From NCBI GenBank assembly GCA_964016885.1, contig CAXHJY010000343.1, positions 186,001-250,000 of the forward strand: DNA of 64,000 bases. Reading direction: 5' to 3'. The notes under the pieces were generated by a model. The model searched no databases. It saw only the letters and a program-made list of their open reading frames with translations, and was not told the origin of the DNA. This stretch comes from Eledone cirrhosa (Eukaryota). Each line of letters opens with the position of its first letter. Position 1 is the first letter of the stretch. The position numbers and the translations under genes are program-made. Below are positions 47,639 through 63,553 of this stretch, piece by piece.

Positions 47639-50600
47639 CTATCAGACATAGTGTATCTAGGATTACATTATCTAATGTACAGTACAGTAGTTAGTATTAG
47701 TGGCTATCAGACATAGTATATCTAGGACTACATTATCTAATGTACAGTATAGTGGCTATCAGACATAGTGTATCTAGGACTACATTATCTAATGTACAGT
47801 ATAGTGGCTATCAGACATAGTTTACCTAGGACTACATTATCTAATGTACAGTATAGTGGCACTCAGACATAGTGTATCTAGGACTACATTATCTAATGTA
47901 CAGTATAGTGGCTATCAGACATAGTTTACCTAGGACTACATTATATAATCTACAGTATAGTGGCTATCTGACATAGTGTATCTAGGACTACATTATCTAA
48001 TGTACAGTATAGTGGCTATCAGACATAGTTTACCTAGGACTACATTATATAATGTACAGTATAGTGGCTATCAGACATAGTGTATCTAGGACTACATTAT
48101 CTAATGTACAGTATAGTGTCTATCAGACATAGTGTACCTAGGACTACATTATATAATGTACAGTATAGTAGCTATCAGACATAGTGTATCTAGGACTACA
48201 TTATCTAATGTACAGTATAGTGGCTATCAGACATAGTGTATCTAGGACTACATTATCTAATGTACAGTATAGTGGCTATCAGACATAGTTTACCTAGGAC
48301 TACATTATCTAATGTACAGTATAGTGGCACTCAGACATAGTGTATCTAGGACTACATTATCTAATGTACAGTATAGTGGCTATCAGACATAGTTTACCTA
48401 GGACTACATTATATAATCTACAGTATAGTGGCTATCTGACATAGTGTATCTAGGACTACATTATCTAATGTACAGTATAGTGGCTATCAGACATAGTTTA
48501 CCTAGGACTACATTATATAATGTACAGTATAGTGGCTATCAGACATAGTGTATCTAGGACTACATTATCTAATGTACAGTATAGTGTCTATCAGACATAG
48601 TGTACCTAGGACTACATTATCTAATGTACAGTATAGTGGCTATCAGACATAGTGTACCTAGGACTACATTATCTAATGTACAGTATAGTGGCTATCAGAC
48701 ATAGTTTACCTAGGACTACATTATGTAATGTACAGTATAGTGGCTATCAGACATAGTGTACCTAGGACTACATTATCTAATGTACAGTATAGTGGCTATC
48801 AGACATAGTGTACCTAGGACTACATTATCTAATGTACAGTATAGTGGCTATCAGATATAGTGTACCTAGGACTAGATTATCTAATGTACAGTATAGTGGC
48901 TATCAGACATAGTGTATCTAGGACTACATTATCTAATGTACAGTATAATAGCTATCAGACATAGTGTATCTAGGACTACATTATCTAATGTACAGTATAG
49001 TGGCTCTCAGACATAGTGTACCTAGACTACATTATGTAATGTACAGTATAGTGGCTCTCAGACATAGTGTATCTAGGACTACATTATCTAATGTACAGTA
49101 TAGTGGCTATCAGACATAGTGTATCTAGGACTATATTATCTAATGTACAGTATAGTGTCTATCAGGCATAGTGTACCTAGGACTACATTATCTAATGTAC
49201 AGTATAGTGGCTATCAGACATAGTGTATCTAGGACTATATTATCTAATGTACAGTATAGTGTCTATCAGACATAGTGTATCTAGGACTACATTATCTAAT
49301 GTACAGTATAGTGGCTCTCAGACATAGTGTATCTAGGACTACATTATCTAATGTACAGTATAGTGGCTATCAGACATAGTGTATCTAGGACTACATTATC
49401 TAATGTACAGTATAGTGTCTATCAGACATAGTGTATCTAGGACTATATTATCTAATGTACAGTATAGTGTCTATCAGACATAGTGTACCTAGGACTACAT
49501 TATCTAATGTACAGTATAGTGGCTATCAGACATAGTGTATCTAGGTCTACATTATCTAATGTACAGTATAGTGGCTATCAGACATAGTGTATCTAGGACT
49601 ACATTATCTAATGTACAGTATAGTGGCTATCAGACATAGTTTACCTAGGACTAGATTATCTAATGTACAGTATAGTGGCTATCAGACATAGTGTACCTAG
49701 GACTACATTATCTAATGTACAGTATAGTGGCTATCAGACATAGTTTACCTAGGACTACATTATCTAATGTACAGTATAGTGGCTCTCAGACATAGTGTAT
49801 CTAGGACTACATTATCTAATGTACAGTATAGTGGCTATCAGATATAGAGTATCTAGGACTACATTATATAATGTACAGTATAGTGGCTATCAGACATAGT
49901 GTATCTAGGACTACATTATCTAATGTACAGTATAGTGGCTATCAGACATAGTGTATCTAGGTCTACATTATCTAATGTACAGTATAGTGGCTATCAGACA
50001 TAGTGTACCTAGGACTACATTATGTAATGTACAGTATAGTGGCTATCAGACATAGTGTACCTAGGACTACATTATCTAATGTACAGTATAGTGGCTATCA
50101 GACATAGTGTACCTAGGACTACATTATGTAATGTACAGTATAGTGACTATCAGACATAGTGTACCTAGGACTACATTATGTAATGTACAGTATAGTGGCT
50201 ATCAGACATAGTGTACCTAGGACTACATTATCTAATGTACAGTATAGTGGCTATCAGACATAGTGTACCTAGGACTACATTATCTAATGTACAGTATAGT
50301 GGCTATCAGACATAGTGTACCTAGGACTACATTATGTAATGTACAGTATAGTGGCTATCAGACATAGTGTACCTAGGACTACATTATCTAATGTACAGTA
50401 TAGTGGCTATCAGACATAGTGTACCTAGGACTACATTATGTAATGTACAGTATAGTGGCTATCAGACATAGTGTACCTAGGACTACATTATCTAATGTAC
50501 AGTATAGTGGCTATCAGACATAGTGTACCTAGGACTACATTATCTAATGTACAGTATAGTGGCTATCAGATATAGTGTACCTAGGACTAGATTATCTAAT

Positions 50601-51826
50601 GTACAGTATAGTGGCTATCAGACATAGTGTACCTAGGACTACATTATGTAATGTACAGTATAGTGGCTATCAGACATAGTGTACCTAGGACTACATTATC
50701 TAATGTACAGTATAGTGGCTATCAGACATAGTGTACCTAGGACTACATTATGTAATGTACAGTATAGTGGCTATCAGACATAGTGTACCTAGGACTACAT
50801 TATCTAATGTACAGTATAGTGGCTATCAGACATCGTGTACCTAGGACTACATTATGTAATGTACAGTATAGTGGCTATCAGACATAGTGTACCTAGGACT
50901 ACATTATCTAATGTACAGTATAGTGGCTATCAGACATAGTGTACCTAGGACTACATTATCTAATGTACAGTATAGTGGCTATCAGATATAGTGTACCTAG
51001 GACTAGATTATCTAATGTACAGTATAGTGGCTATCAGACATAGTGTATCTAGGACTACATTATCTAATGTACAGTATAATAGCTATCAGACATAGTGTAT
51101 CTAGGACTACATTATCTAATGTACAGTATAGTGGCTCTCAGACATAGTGTACCTAGGACTACATTATCTAATGTACAGTATAGTAGCTATCAGACATAGT
51201 GTACCTAGGACTACATTATATAATGTACAGTATAGTAGCTATCAGACATAGTGTATCTAGGACTACATTATCTAATGTACAGTATAGTGGCTCTCAGACA
51301 TAGTATATCTAGGACTACATTATCTAATGTACAGTATAGTGGCTATCAGACATAGTGTACCTAGGACTACATTGTATAATGTACAGTATAGTGGCTATCA
51401 GACATAGTGTATCTAGGACTACATTATCTAATGTACAGTATAGTGGCTATCAGACATAGTGTACCTAGGACTACATTATATAATGTACAGTATAGTAGCT
51501 ATCAGACATAGTGTACCTAGACTACATTATCTAATGTACAGTATAGTGGCTCTCAGACATAGTATATCTAGGACTACATTATCTAATGTACAGTATAGTG
51601 GCTATCAGACATAGTGTATCTAGGACTACATTATCTAATGTACAGTATAGTGGCTATCAGACATAGTGTACCTAGGACTACATTATCTAATGTACAGTAT
51701 AGTGGCTATCAGACATAGTGTATCTAGGACTACATTATCTAATGTACAGTATAGTGGCTATCAGACATAGTTTACCTAGGACTACATTATCTAATGTATA
51801 GTAAAGCAGTTAGTATTTGTGGCTAT
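47639..51826. repeat. 52-bp satellite array, ~80 copies
   Basis: Unit CTATCAGACATAGTGTA(T/C)CTAGGACTACATTATCTAATGTACAGTATAGTGG. AGACATAG at 47761 and 48021 is 5x52 apart. Confidence 0.97.
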
Positions 51827-51838
51827 CATTATTATAGA

Positions 51839-51950
51839 CCGAGTTCAAATCCCGCCGAGGTTAACTTTGCCTTTCATCCTTACGGGGTCGATAAAATAAA
51901 GTACCAGTAATTCACTGAGTAATTGCTGGCCTTGTGCCAAAAGTAAAAAC
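51839..51950 (+). mobile_element. SINE copy at the satellite/duplication junction
   Basis: CGAGTTCAAATCCCGCCGAGGTTAACTTTGCCTTTCATCCTTACGGGGTCGATAAAATAAAGTACCAG. Confidence 0.8.
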
Positions 51951-51953
51951 AAT

Positions 51954-54896
51954 TAATATAGACATTAAGTAAATCTTTGTCAACTTACCTCCTTCACATA
52001 TAATCAATGTGTTGTGTTGTTAGTTGTTACTAAACAACCAAAGAAATAATCTCTTTGTTATCAAATTAGAAGTTTCAATGTTATCAGCTTTATTTCACGA
52101 CATTAACGTTGGTGTATCTTCTTCATCTTTAGTCATAAATTGATATCTTGTCAGAATGAAGTAGTGAGGCTGACTTTATGTCTTTAGCTACAGATTTGAT
52201 AGGAAATATATATATATTAGGTTGATATCTGGTCTAAAATATATATATTGTCTATAAATGACTGATAGCAGATGTTCTGGTGAAATAGTAGTTTTACTAC
52301 TACAGATTGTAATGGAACTCTTAGTAGACAGAATTGTAAAGTAAGAATAGATATGACAGTGTAAGACTGATGTCGGGGAGAGAAAACTGTGTGTATATAT
52401 ATATATATAATTGTTACACAAGATATAATTAGATTAATTAAAGTTATAATGAAGACAGCAGGTACTCGGTGTCGTTGAGAATGTTTCAACTGTCGTACCG
52501 GTGTCATACGTTAAAAGTTCCTGATATAATTTAATACCTTCAGACACAGTTCCAATCGTATTTAATTGATTGTAAATCAGAAAGTATCACTCAGTAAAAT
52601 ATCAATCATATATCAATAAGAAAACCTCTACGTAGTCTCTCTAACTGCTAGAAATAGCAGCGATATTATCCAATACAACTGTTCTCTCTCTCTATATATA
52701 TATTTACATATACACACACACACATATATGTATGTATGTATGTAAATGTGTATACAACTCTTATGTGTATGTATATGTATAAAAAACTATTTTATGGAGA
52801 GTTAGTTAAAGGAAAACCACCTCCACATAAACCAAAGAAGAGGTATAAGGATTCCTTGAAAGTCTCTTTGAAAGACGCTAACATCTCTGCTGATACATGG
52901 GAAAATGTTGCTGCTGATCGTAATGTGGGATGTGAGGAAGGGCATTACCGTTGCATTTTCAGCCTCTGTGCGAGATTTTGCCTCAGCAAAGCTGGACTCG
53001 AAAGTCATCTTCGCAGTCACAAAGTAAGACCAGTGGTTGACTACCAGGCTGCTGTTGGAGATGCTACTCATCATGCCTGCCAAGCATGTGGTAGAGAATG
53101 TAACTCAGCAGGAGGGCTCAAACGACATGCAAAAGTACATCAACTCCAGCCACAGCCGGCTATTCCCAGTAAATGATTTGGTTGCCAACTCTGTGCAAGA
53201 CATTTTAGATCTTTGGCTGGGCTAAAAAGCCACATTCGATCGCAGCGCTGTTGGTTGCTATTATGTGTGTGTGTGTATATATATACATATATATATATAC
53301 ATGTATATTATTATTGTTGTTGTCGTTATTATTATTACTATTATTATTATTATTACTATTATTATTATTGTTTTTTTTTCTCGTGCAATGGCCATACTCG
53401 ATAACGAGGGGGCAGCCATCATATATGGGTATGTATGAGTGTGTATGTGTGTTTGCACGTATGTATGATGTGTATATATGTACATAGGGTTTTGGTATAT
53501 GTACGTTTGGTGAACATGTGTATTTACCTGTAGGTATTTGTGAGTGCGTTCTATACGCATTTATGCGCGTATATTTATATGTGTAACGGAATATGATGTG
53601 TGGTTGTAACGACAAGTGGATGAATGGATGTAACTGTTGGTATGGTGGTTTCAGTGTAAATAAAAATACCAGGAGTGTTGTTACAAAGTTTATTTTATTA
53701 CAACAATATTCAATTTGAATATTGAATGATAAAATAATTGACACAAAATATTCATACAATAATTTGGTGGCTCTTCGAGCCACGTAAATTCAAATATCAC
53801 AGAATACGATTATAATATGTGTAAACAGAAATGAATGGCGCGTGTACAAATGCTGGACTCACTATGAATTGCGTGTGTGCGGCGTATCAGTATATTTACT
53901 TATTTGCATTGCAGGAGTCAGCGATCAGCCAGGAAGGTGAGAATAAATGGCAGACTGGTTTTCGTGACGAGAGCCTGTAAATGAGACTCGTCTTGTCTGT
54001 ATCTCACTTCTTTTCTGTTTTTGGCGTAAACAACCCCTGTCTTTATAAGAGTTGAAGTTAGAAGGAAAGATATATCCTCTGAACTTTGGTTAGTCTCCCA
54101 AGGGATTAGTTTGCCAAGAGTAAACAAGTCAGAAAGATGGATATATCCTCTGACCTATTTTCTGTCAGGCGTAAACACCTCTGACCTGTGTTTAGCCTCT
54201 CCCAAGGGGTTAGTCTCTTGAGCGTAAACAAATTACAACGGCTTGTCCCAGAGGCGGGAAAGCTCAGATACGGTTTCGAATCTTCGCCGCCGTTATATAT
54301 GTATACACTCACACACACATATTTATATGTATTTGGTGTATACGTTCGTATGTGTGTGGGTATGTGTTGCACCGGTTTACGTATGTGTGCGCGTGTATAT
54401 GTGTACGTGCATGTATATGCATGCATGCCGTGTGTTTTCGCATATACACGTGTATAAATGTGTGTATGTATATATTTAAGATTCATGATTTCAATAACCT
54501 CTGTCATTTTCGTTCTACTAATTTATTTACATTATTCTGAAATCCGAATCCGAGAATCATTCAGTTTCCTAAATAATATATTAGTCTACGACTCCATTTA
54601 TACCTTAAATGTGGTTTGTCTTGGCGTGTAATTGTTCTCACCGCTCCACATAACGAGGTATGATCTTCGCTTCTTTCCGTTCATTGCCAGAGAACGTCTT
54701 CACGAACCAAAGTATCGTCTTCCTGTTTTACTTCGGTTGCAACATTTTTCGAAATATTTACTTCTACGTTCACAGATTGATTTTTTTCAGTTTCAGATCC
54801 CGTTAAGGGTGAAACCAGCAATTCTTTATGTATGTGGGGTGGGGATTGGAGAGGTAGGTCAGAGGGGTTACTTCGCTGGTAAGGGGGTGGAGTGTT
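51954..54896. repeat. Segmental copy of ~20065-22414, including the putative exon at 51989-52187
   Basis: Colinear high-identity match apart from the solo LTR insertion. Confidence 0.9.
53582..54297 (-). mobile_element. Solo LTR (716 bp, Gypsy-like by its 4-bp TSD)
   Basis: TGTAACGG...CCGTTATA termini, TATG TSD, absent from paralog at ~21815. Minus-strand TATAAAG near 54045 and AATAAA at 53689-53699. Confidence 0.8.
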
Positions 54897-54909
54897 GCAT
54901 TAAGTAATC

Positions 54910-55330
54910 TTTAGAAGAGAACGATTTACCACAGACATCACAGTGATATGGTTCCTCTCCTGGAGATGTTAGTGTCTAATGAAGTCACAGAATTTAGAGA
55001 AGCATTTACCACAGACATCACAGTGATATGGTTCCTATCCTGTATGTGTTAGTGTCTAATGATGTCACAGAATTTAGAGAAGCATTTACCACAGACATCA
55101 CAGTGATATGGTTCCTATCCTGTATGTGTTAGTGTCTAATGATGTCACAGAATTTAGAGAAGCATTTACCACAGACATCACAGTGATATGGTTCCTTTCC
55201 TGTAGATGTTAGTGTCTAATGAAGTCACAGAATTTAGAGAAGCATTTACCACAGACATCACAGTGATATGGTTCCTATCCTGTATGTGTTAGTGTCTAGT
55301 AAAGTCACAGCATTTAGAGAAAGATTTACC
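54910..55330 (-). repeat. 80-bp ZF-derived tandem repeat (~5 copies)
   Basis: AGTGTCTA recurs at 54971, 55051, 55131, 55211 and 55291. Confidence 0.85.
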
Positions 55331-55485
55331 AAATATATCAAAGTGATATGGCTTCCCAGCTGTATGTATATGTTTGTGTGTAACATTCAAAGAGAATGGT
55401 TTCTCTCAGATGTCACAATGATATGTATTTGTCTTCTCATTAATTCACAAATTTGAGGGAATGATTTATTTCTGATGTCAATGCG

Positions 55486-56921
<1,436 letters not shown>

Positions 56922-58090
56922 AATTATTCCTTCTTCAACAGAATATACAGATGTTTTCCTTGTAATTTTTTTCATTTTATATTTCTTATAAAATATTTCT
57001 TCTTCTATATTTCCCTCAACTATATTTCAGTTAACATCTGAAGATAATACAAACTTCTTTTTCATGCAAGTTTAGTTAAAATACAAAATCATCTGATAGT
57101 GAAGAAAATAAACTCAGTTTTGAGGAAATATTTCACAGTAATATGACGAGAGATTTATATAAACAGTGTTATATAAGTTCTGCTTAGAATGTTTTAGTCT
57201 TAAAATGATGATAAATAGAGGTGATGTATCCAAGATTGAAAATAATAATTTATCCCAATGTCATCTGATATTCTGAAATAAGAAAGAAACAGTATGAGAT
57301 AATACAGAATACTTTAGAAGCAGAGATAGATTTAACAGTGGAAATTTTATATTTCTATATTGTTAAATTGTAGACTACCTTGAGTAGAAGATTATGGAAG
57401 TTAAAGGACCCCATAGCCAGTGACAAATTTAAAAGCCTATTACTTGATGCCTTTGACAAGGAAGATCAATTAGAGACATGCAATATAGAGGAACAGTGGC
57501 AATCCCTGAAAGTGAACCTGCTGAAAGCAACAGTCAGTAGGAACCTCTAACAAAATACACCCCCAGCCCATCCACACCACCCCCTTAAATGTGAAGTTAT
57601 GTTGGAACCACAACATCCAATCCAAAACAAATGAGGTCGTGTAGGTGTCACGAGAAAAAAAAAAACACACAGTCCACGCTGTAATGTGGCCGTGTAGGTA
57701 ACACGGTAAAAACCTCCCAGTCCACACTGTAAATGTGGTTGGTGTTAGGAAGGGCATCCAGCTGTAGAAAACCCACCAGACAGTCCTATGCGAGCAAGAT
57801 AACCATTCTTGCCTCAAGTGGGAAAACTCCCGTCCAAACCCATGCTAGCATGGAAGATGGATGTTAAATGATGATGATGATGATGTATATATACACTGTG
57901 TACAGTATATATAATACCCTATATATGTTGTCCAAGAAAAAGGCTATGGCCGATACAGCTTGGCACTAGTGACATCACAACATATATATACACTATATAT
58001 ATTATACAGTATATATACACTATATATATGTCCAAGGGAAAGGTAATGGCTGACACAGTTTGGCACCAGTGACATCACAACATATATATA

Positions 58091-58143
<53 letters not shown>

Positions 58144-58147
<4 letters not shown>

Positions 58148-58497
58148 GAAGTTCTATTTAAAATTGTTGGGATACAACAAGTAAATATTTTTATAACTGA
58201 TATAAAGCACTCGACAAGTATTTGGAGTAGATATACGATATTAATAAATGGAAACTATATTTATAAAACCATATTTATCTCATTATACATATTTCAGGGA
58301 TACCAACTCACTATCCGGATGGCTTCCAAAAATAATGATTGTATTTTAATAGGGTACGTCAAAGCTTATTTGTAAAACTGTTATATATTGTATTTGTCTG
58401 ATGAAAGCATACCATAATTTAATTTGGTATCCCTGAAATATGTATAATGAAATAAATATGATTTTATAAATATAGTTTCCATTTATTAATATCGTAT
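58144..58497 (+). mobile_element. Penelope-like terminal-repeat fragment with partial inverted duplication, inserted in (TA)n
   Basis: Absent from paralog at ~15070. 58231-58306 is the inverse of 58424-58500. Contains a hammerhead core. Confidence 0.65.
58391..58455 (+). ncRNA. Second type I hammerhead ribozyme motif, partly degenerate
   Basis: TATTTGT-CTGATGA-[AAGCATACCA..TGGTATCCCT]-GAAA-TATGTA-TA-ATGAAATA. Two mismatches in stem II, wobble pairs in stem I. Confidence 0.6.
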
Positions 58498-59089
58498 ATA
58501 TATATATATATACATATATACACTGTGTACAATATATATTATACATTATATATGTTGTCCAAGGGAAAGGCAATGGCTGACACAGCTTGACACCAGTGAC
58601 ATCACAACATATATACACTATATATATATATACACTGTGTACAATATATATTATACATTATATATGTTGTCCAAGGGAAAGGCAATGGCTGACACAGCTT
58701 GGCACCAGTGACATCACAACATATATATATAACATATATCCCAGACTTCCATAGATTATTTCTATTCTACAGCTATCTCTCTTCCCCAATTTCAAAATGT
58801 TCTGTTTACATTATTATTATTATCATTCACTTGTTTCCACAACGCATATATTTCGACCTTGTTTTTAATATAAACCATGTTGGACATTGTGTCTTTCTCT
58901 ACAAACTTATCCCTAACCCCCGCCATTACCTCCCCTTTCTCTCACTCATTCATTTTGGTGTTTACAAAGCTAGGTGACCATCTTCGAAGTTCTTGCATAC
59001 TTACCTTGTCTAATAAGCCTACTTATATCTGCATATTTCCCCCCGAATCTCCTGTGATGATATATGTCATGATGGCTACCTATCTCACA

Positions 59090-61927
59090 ATTTCCCACTC
59101 ACCACCATAGCCTATTTGACCAATCAAACCTCAGCAACATGTCCTTACCCATTACCAGCCCTAACAAACTCTGCCATTACAACTACTGTCCTTCTAGACC
59201 TTACTAGCCCCAACAAACTCTGTCATTACTACTACTGTCCTTCTAGCCCTTACCAGCCCCAACAAACTTTGCGAGTACTACTACTGTCCTTCTAGCCCTT
59301 ACCAGCCCCAACAAACTCTGTCATTACTACTACTGTACTTATAGCCCTTACCAGCCCCAACAAACTCTGCCATTACTACTACTGTCCTTCTAGACCTTAC
59401 CAGCCCCAACAAACTCTGTCAATACTACTACTGTCCTTCTAGACCTTACCAGCCCCAACAAACTTTGCGAGTACTACTACTGTCCTTCTAGCCCTTACCA
59501 GCCCCAACAAACTCTGTCATTACTACTACTGTACTTATAGCCCTTACCAGCCCCAACAAACTCTGTCAATACTACTACTGTCCTTCTAGACCTTACCAGC
59601 CCCAACAAACTTTGCGAGTACTACTACTGTCCTTCTAGACCTTACCAGCCCCAACAAACTCTGTCATTACTACTACTGTACTTATAGCCCTTACCAGCCC
59701 CAACAAACTCTGCCATTGCTACTATTGTCCTTCTAGCCCTTACTAACGCCAACAAACTCTGCCATTACTACTATTGTCCTTCTAACCCTTACCAGCCCCA
59801 ACAAACTCTGCCACTACTACTACTGTCCTTCTAGCCCTTACCAGCCCCAACAAACTCTGCCATTGCTACTATTGTCCTTCTAGACCTTACTAACGCCAAC
59901 AAACTCTGCTATTACTACTACTGTCCTTCTAACCCTTACCAGCCCCAACAAACTCTGCCATTACTACTACTGTCCTTCTAGCCCTGCACCAAAGAATTCT
60001 TGTTCACCATTATGTATGGAGGGGCGAAGGATAAATGGAACAACCCCGAATAAATAAATGAATATGAATCTGCGAGTTACCAAGCTCCCATGCAAAGCTT
60101 TAATTCAGAGACAGGAAGCATACACACTCTCCTGCAAAAATTCACCCTCTCCCACAAATGATGGCAAATGTCCCAAACTCTGAGTTGGCAGCATCAACTT
60201 AAGCACAATGAAAGGAAGGGAAGGAGAAATTATAGACATGCTAGAGTGAAAGGATATTGACGTATGCTGTGTGTAAGAGACTAGATGGAGAGGAGAGTCC
60301 ACTAGAGTTCTTGTAGGAAAAAGTCAGTGCTATAAATTTTTCTGGGTGGGAAATGACAATGGGATTGGTGGTGTAGGTATACGATTAACTGAGAAATGGG
60401 TAGATAAAGTAATAACCACATATTGTTAACCAGGTAATACTAGAGGGTGTCATACCAAAGGATTGGTGCAGCAGCATCATCGTCAACTGCTACAAGGGTA
60501 AAGGAGATGCACTAGATAGAATAAACTATAGAGGTATAAAGCTGATGGACCAGGTCATGAAAGTAATGGAATGAGTCATAGCACAGTTGATCAGGGACTG
60601 GGTAAAACTAGGTGAGATGCAGTTTGGGTTTGTGCCAGGAAAAAGCACCACTGATGCTCTCTTCCTTGTGAGGCAGTTACAGGTAAAGTACCTAGCTAAA
60701 AGTAAGCCACTCTACCTGGCTCTTGTCGATATGGAAAAAGTCTTCAACAGAGTGCACCGTGCTATAATCTGGTGGGCTCTTAGAAAACTAGGAGTAGATT
60801 AGTGGCTTGTGAAAGCTGTACAGGCCATGTATAGGGGAGCAGTCAGTAAAGTTAGGCTTAACAATTGCTATAGCTGGGAATTTAGCATACAGGTCGGTGT
60901 CCAGCAGGGCTTTGTTCTTAGCCTTCTCCTGTTTATAATAGTATTGCAGGCTATAACAGAGGAGTTTAAGACCAGATGCCCATAGGAACTCCTATATGTG
61001 GATGATCTTACACTTATAGCTGAATCTATGGCAGAACTAAAGAAACAAGCACCACCAAACTCAGGGAGAGATCTGTAGAAACAGTAGACAGCTTTTGCTA
61101 CCTAGGTGACCAAATAAGCAGCGGAGATGGGTTGTATGAAAGTACAGTAACCAGGGTAACAACAGGATGGAAGAAGTTCAAGGAGCTACTGCCACTGTTA
61201 ACTACAAAAGGCTTTTTCCTCAAAATGAAAGGCAGACAGTATGATGCGTGCATACGAACAACAATGTTACATGGTAGTGAGACCTGGGCGCTGTCTGTAG
61301 AAGACTTGCGTAGATTAGAAAGAAACGAAATTGCATGCTCCGATGGATGTGTAATAGTAATATACGCGAACAGCAAAGCATTAACAAATTGAGAGAGAGA
61401 CTGAGCATCAGAGGAATCAAATGCTGTGTGCAGGAGAGGAGGTTGTGTTGGTATAGACATGTGATGTGTATGAAGGATGAAAGCTACATAAACAGATGCA
61501 GAGCAGTAGAAGTCAATGAAAGCCATGGAGTGGGGGGACCCAAGAAGACCTGGGATGAGGTGATGAAAGCTGACCTTACCCAATTGCACCACCCGAAGGC
61601 GATGACACCGGACCGTGACCTCTGGCTTCACACAGTAATATAGAAGACCCAACTTCCCACGGGTACAAGCCGAAGCTGAAGCATATAGACAATATGCACC
61701 CACCCTCTCCCACTGTAAAGTGGCCATGGAGGTGTCACAACAAAATAGCACCCATCACTCACTGTGAGGTTGGTGTTAGGAAGGGCATCCAGCTGTAGAT
61801 ATCAAGCCAAAATCAGTTCCCATCTGAGCAAGACAAGGTCACCCTACCTGGCACTGCCCACAACAGGACAACCTGTCTAACCCATACTACCGTGGAAGAA
61901 GGGACGTAAAATGGTGATGATGATGAT
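59090..61927 (+). mobile_element. Non-autonomous deleted PHD-RTE derivative (paralog of 15730-17815)
   Basis: Same two internal deletions; retains the 3' ORF segment lost from the 17-kb copy. Confidence 0.85.
59155..59985. repeat. 49-bp minisatellite (~17 copies)
   Basis: Same unit as 15797-16080, with alternating variants. Confidence 0.92.
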
Positions 61928-62933
61928 ATACATATATACACTGTGTACAGTATATATACACTATATATATTATACAGTATATATACACTATATATATTAT
62001 ACAGTATATATACACTATATATATATTATACAGTAAATATACACTATATATATTATACAGTATATATACACTATATATATTATACAATATATATACACTA
62101 TAAATATGTCCAAGGGAAAGGCTATGGCCGATACAGCTTGGCACCAGTGACATCACAGCTCATTTCTACAGCTGAGTAAACTGGAGCAACGTGAAATAAA
62201 GTGTCTTGCTCAAGGACACAACACATCACCCTGCCCGAGAATCGAACTCACCACCTTTTAATTGTAAGTCGAATCATCTAACCACTAAGCCGTGATACGT
62301 TCCAGAACCAACCGTGATATAGAGAGACCATAAAGACAACCGTTGTTTCCATAGTTTAAGCCTTAAAATACCTCTCATACATGCTTTAAGTACATATAAA
62401 CTCATTAAAACACACTTTTGTATTTAAACACCAAAAACAGCCAGTAACGATCGTATAGAAACTACCACCAACTATCGTACCACTAGTTACTAATGAGGAC
62501 TATTGCCAGCCACGGTAGCCACTTGGTAATACACTGCACATCTCCCGTCAATCTATGAAGGGTTTGTAGTAGATTAGAGCAAAACACAATCAGTAAAACA
62601 ATAATGGAATTAAAAATATAAACATTTGTTCATAATTAAAGCCTTAAAATGTCCCTTCCTTACGATATACACTTTAATAACATTGAAATTTATTTAATAA
62701 GTTTAAAATTTAAACACTTTTTATTCAGACGTACCGCGATAAGAAATTAGATATGTTCTAACGAATAATCCGCGATGTGGCGAGGATTACCGCGATAGGA
62801 AATTAGATACGTTCCAAAGAGATATCCGCGATGTAACGGGACCGCGAAAAGTGAACCGCGATATAGCGGGGGATTACTGTATATATACACACACAACATA
62901 CATCTATCTATATACACTCATAACATATATTTC

Positions 62934-63553
62934 GGCAGTGTCATGGTATTAGCTGTCAGAAGTGAAAGTAGAAGAAGGTGACGTCATTCGTCAACCTTCT
63001 CAATCCTTTATTTCCGTATCACTATTCCCTTTATTTATGTTTAGGATTTTCTAAGAGATACGTTTACGATGAGATACACTTCTTAAAAAATAATATGGGG
63101 ACCAAATAACCCCGTAATTTTCGAGAGAAACGATGATATACGATCTTACTTAACGTGTGCATTAAAAACTACACTAGCTGTTACAATTGTAATTAACGTG
63201 TAAGAACTTAAATGAAAATATAGGTGGCCCTTAAAAGGGTCGGTGTTGAACTTAAATTTGTTTTCTAATTTGATAACCATGACTTGTTTCTACACCGGCC
63301 CTTTTAAGGGCCACCTATATTTTCATTTAAGTTCTTACACGTCAATTACAATTGTAACTGCTAGTGTAGTTTTTAATGCACATGTTAAATAAGATTGTAT
63401 ATTATCGTTTCTCTCGAAAATTACGGGATTATTTGGTCCCCATAAATAAAATCATAAACGTAAATAAACGGAATAGTGATATGGAAATAAAGGATTGAGA
63501 AGGTTGACGACTGACGTCACCTTCTTTCTGACAGCTAATACCACGACAGTGCC
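62934..63553. mobile_element. Foldback MITE, paralog of 19124-19741
   Basis: Same termini, TSD and flanks. Confidence 0.85.

Noticed and set aside
47639-51826. Regular repeat array resembling CRISPR
   Set aside because: Units are contiguous with no unique spacers, no cas genes, and the context is eukaryotic.
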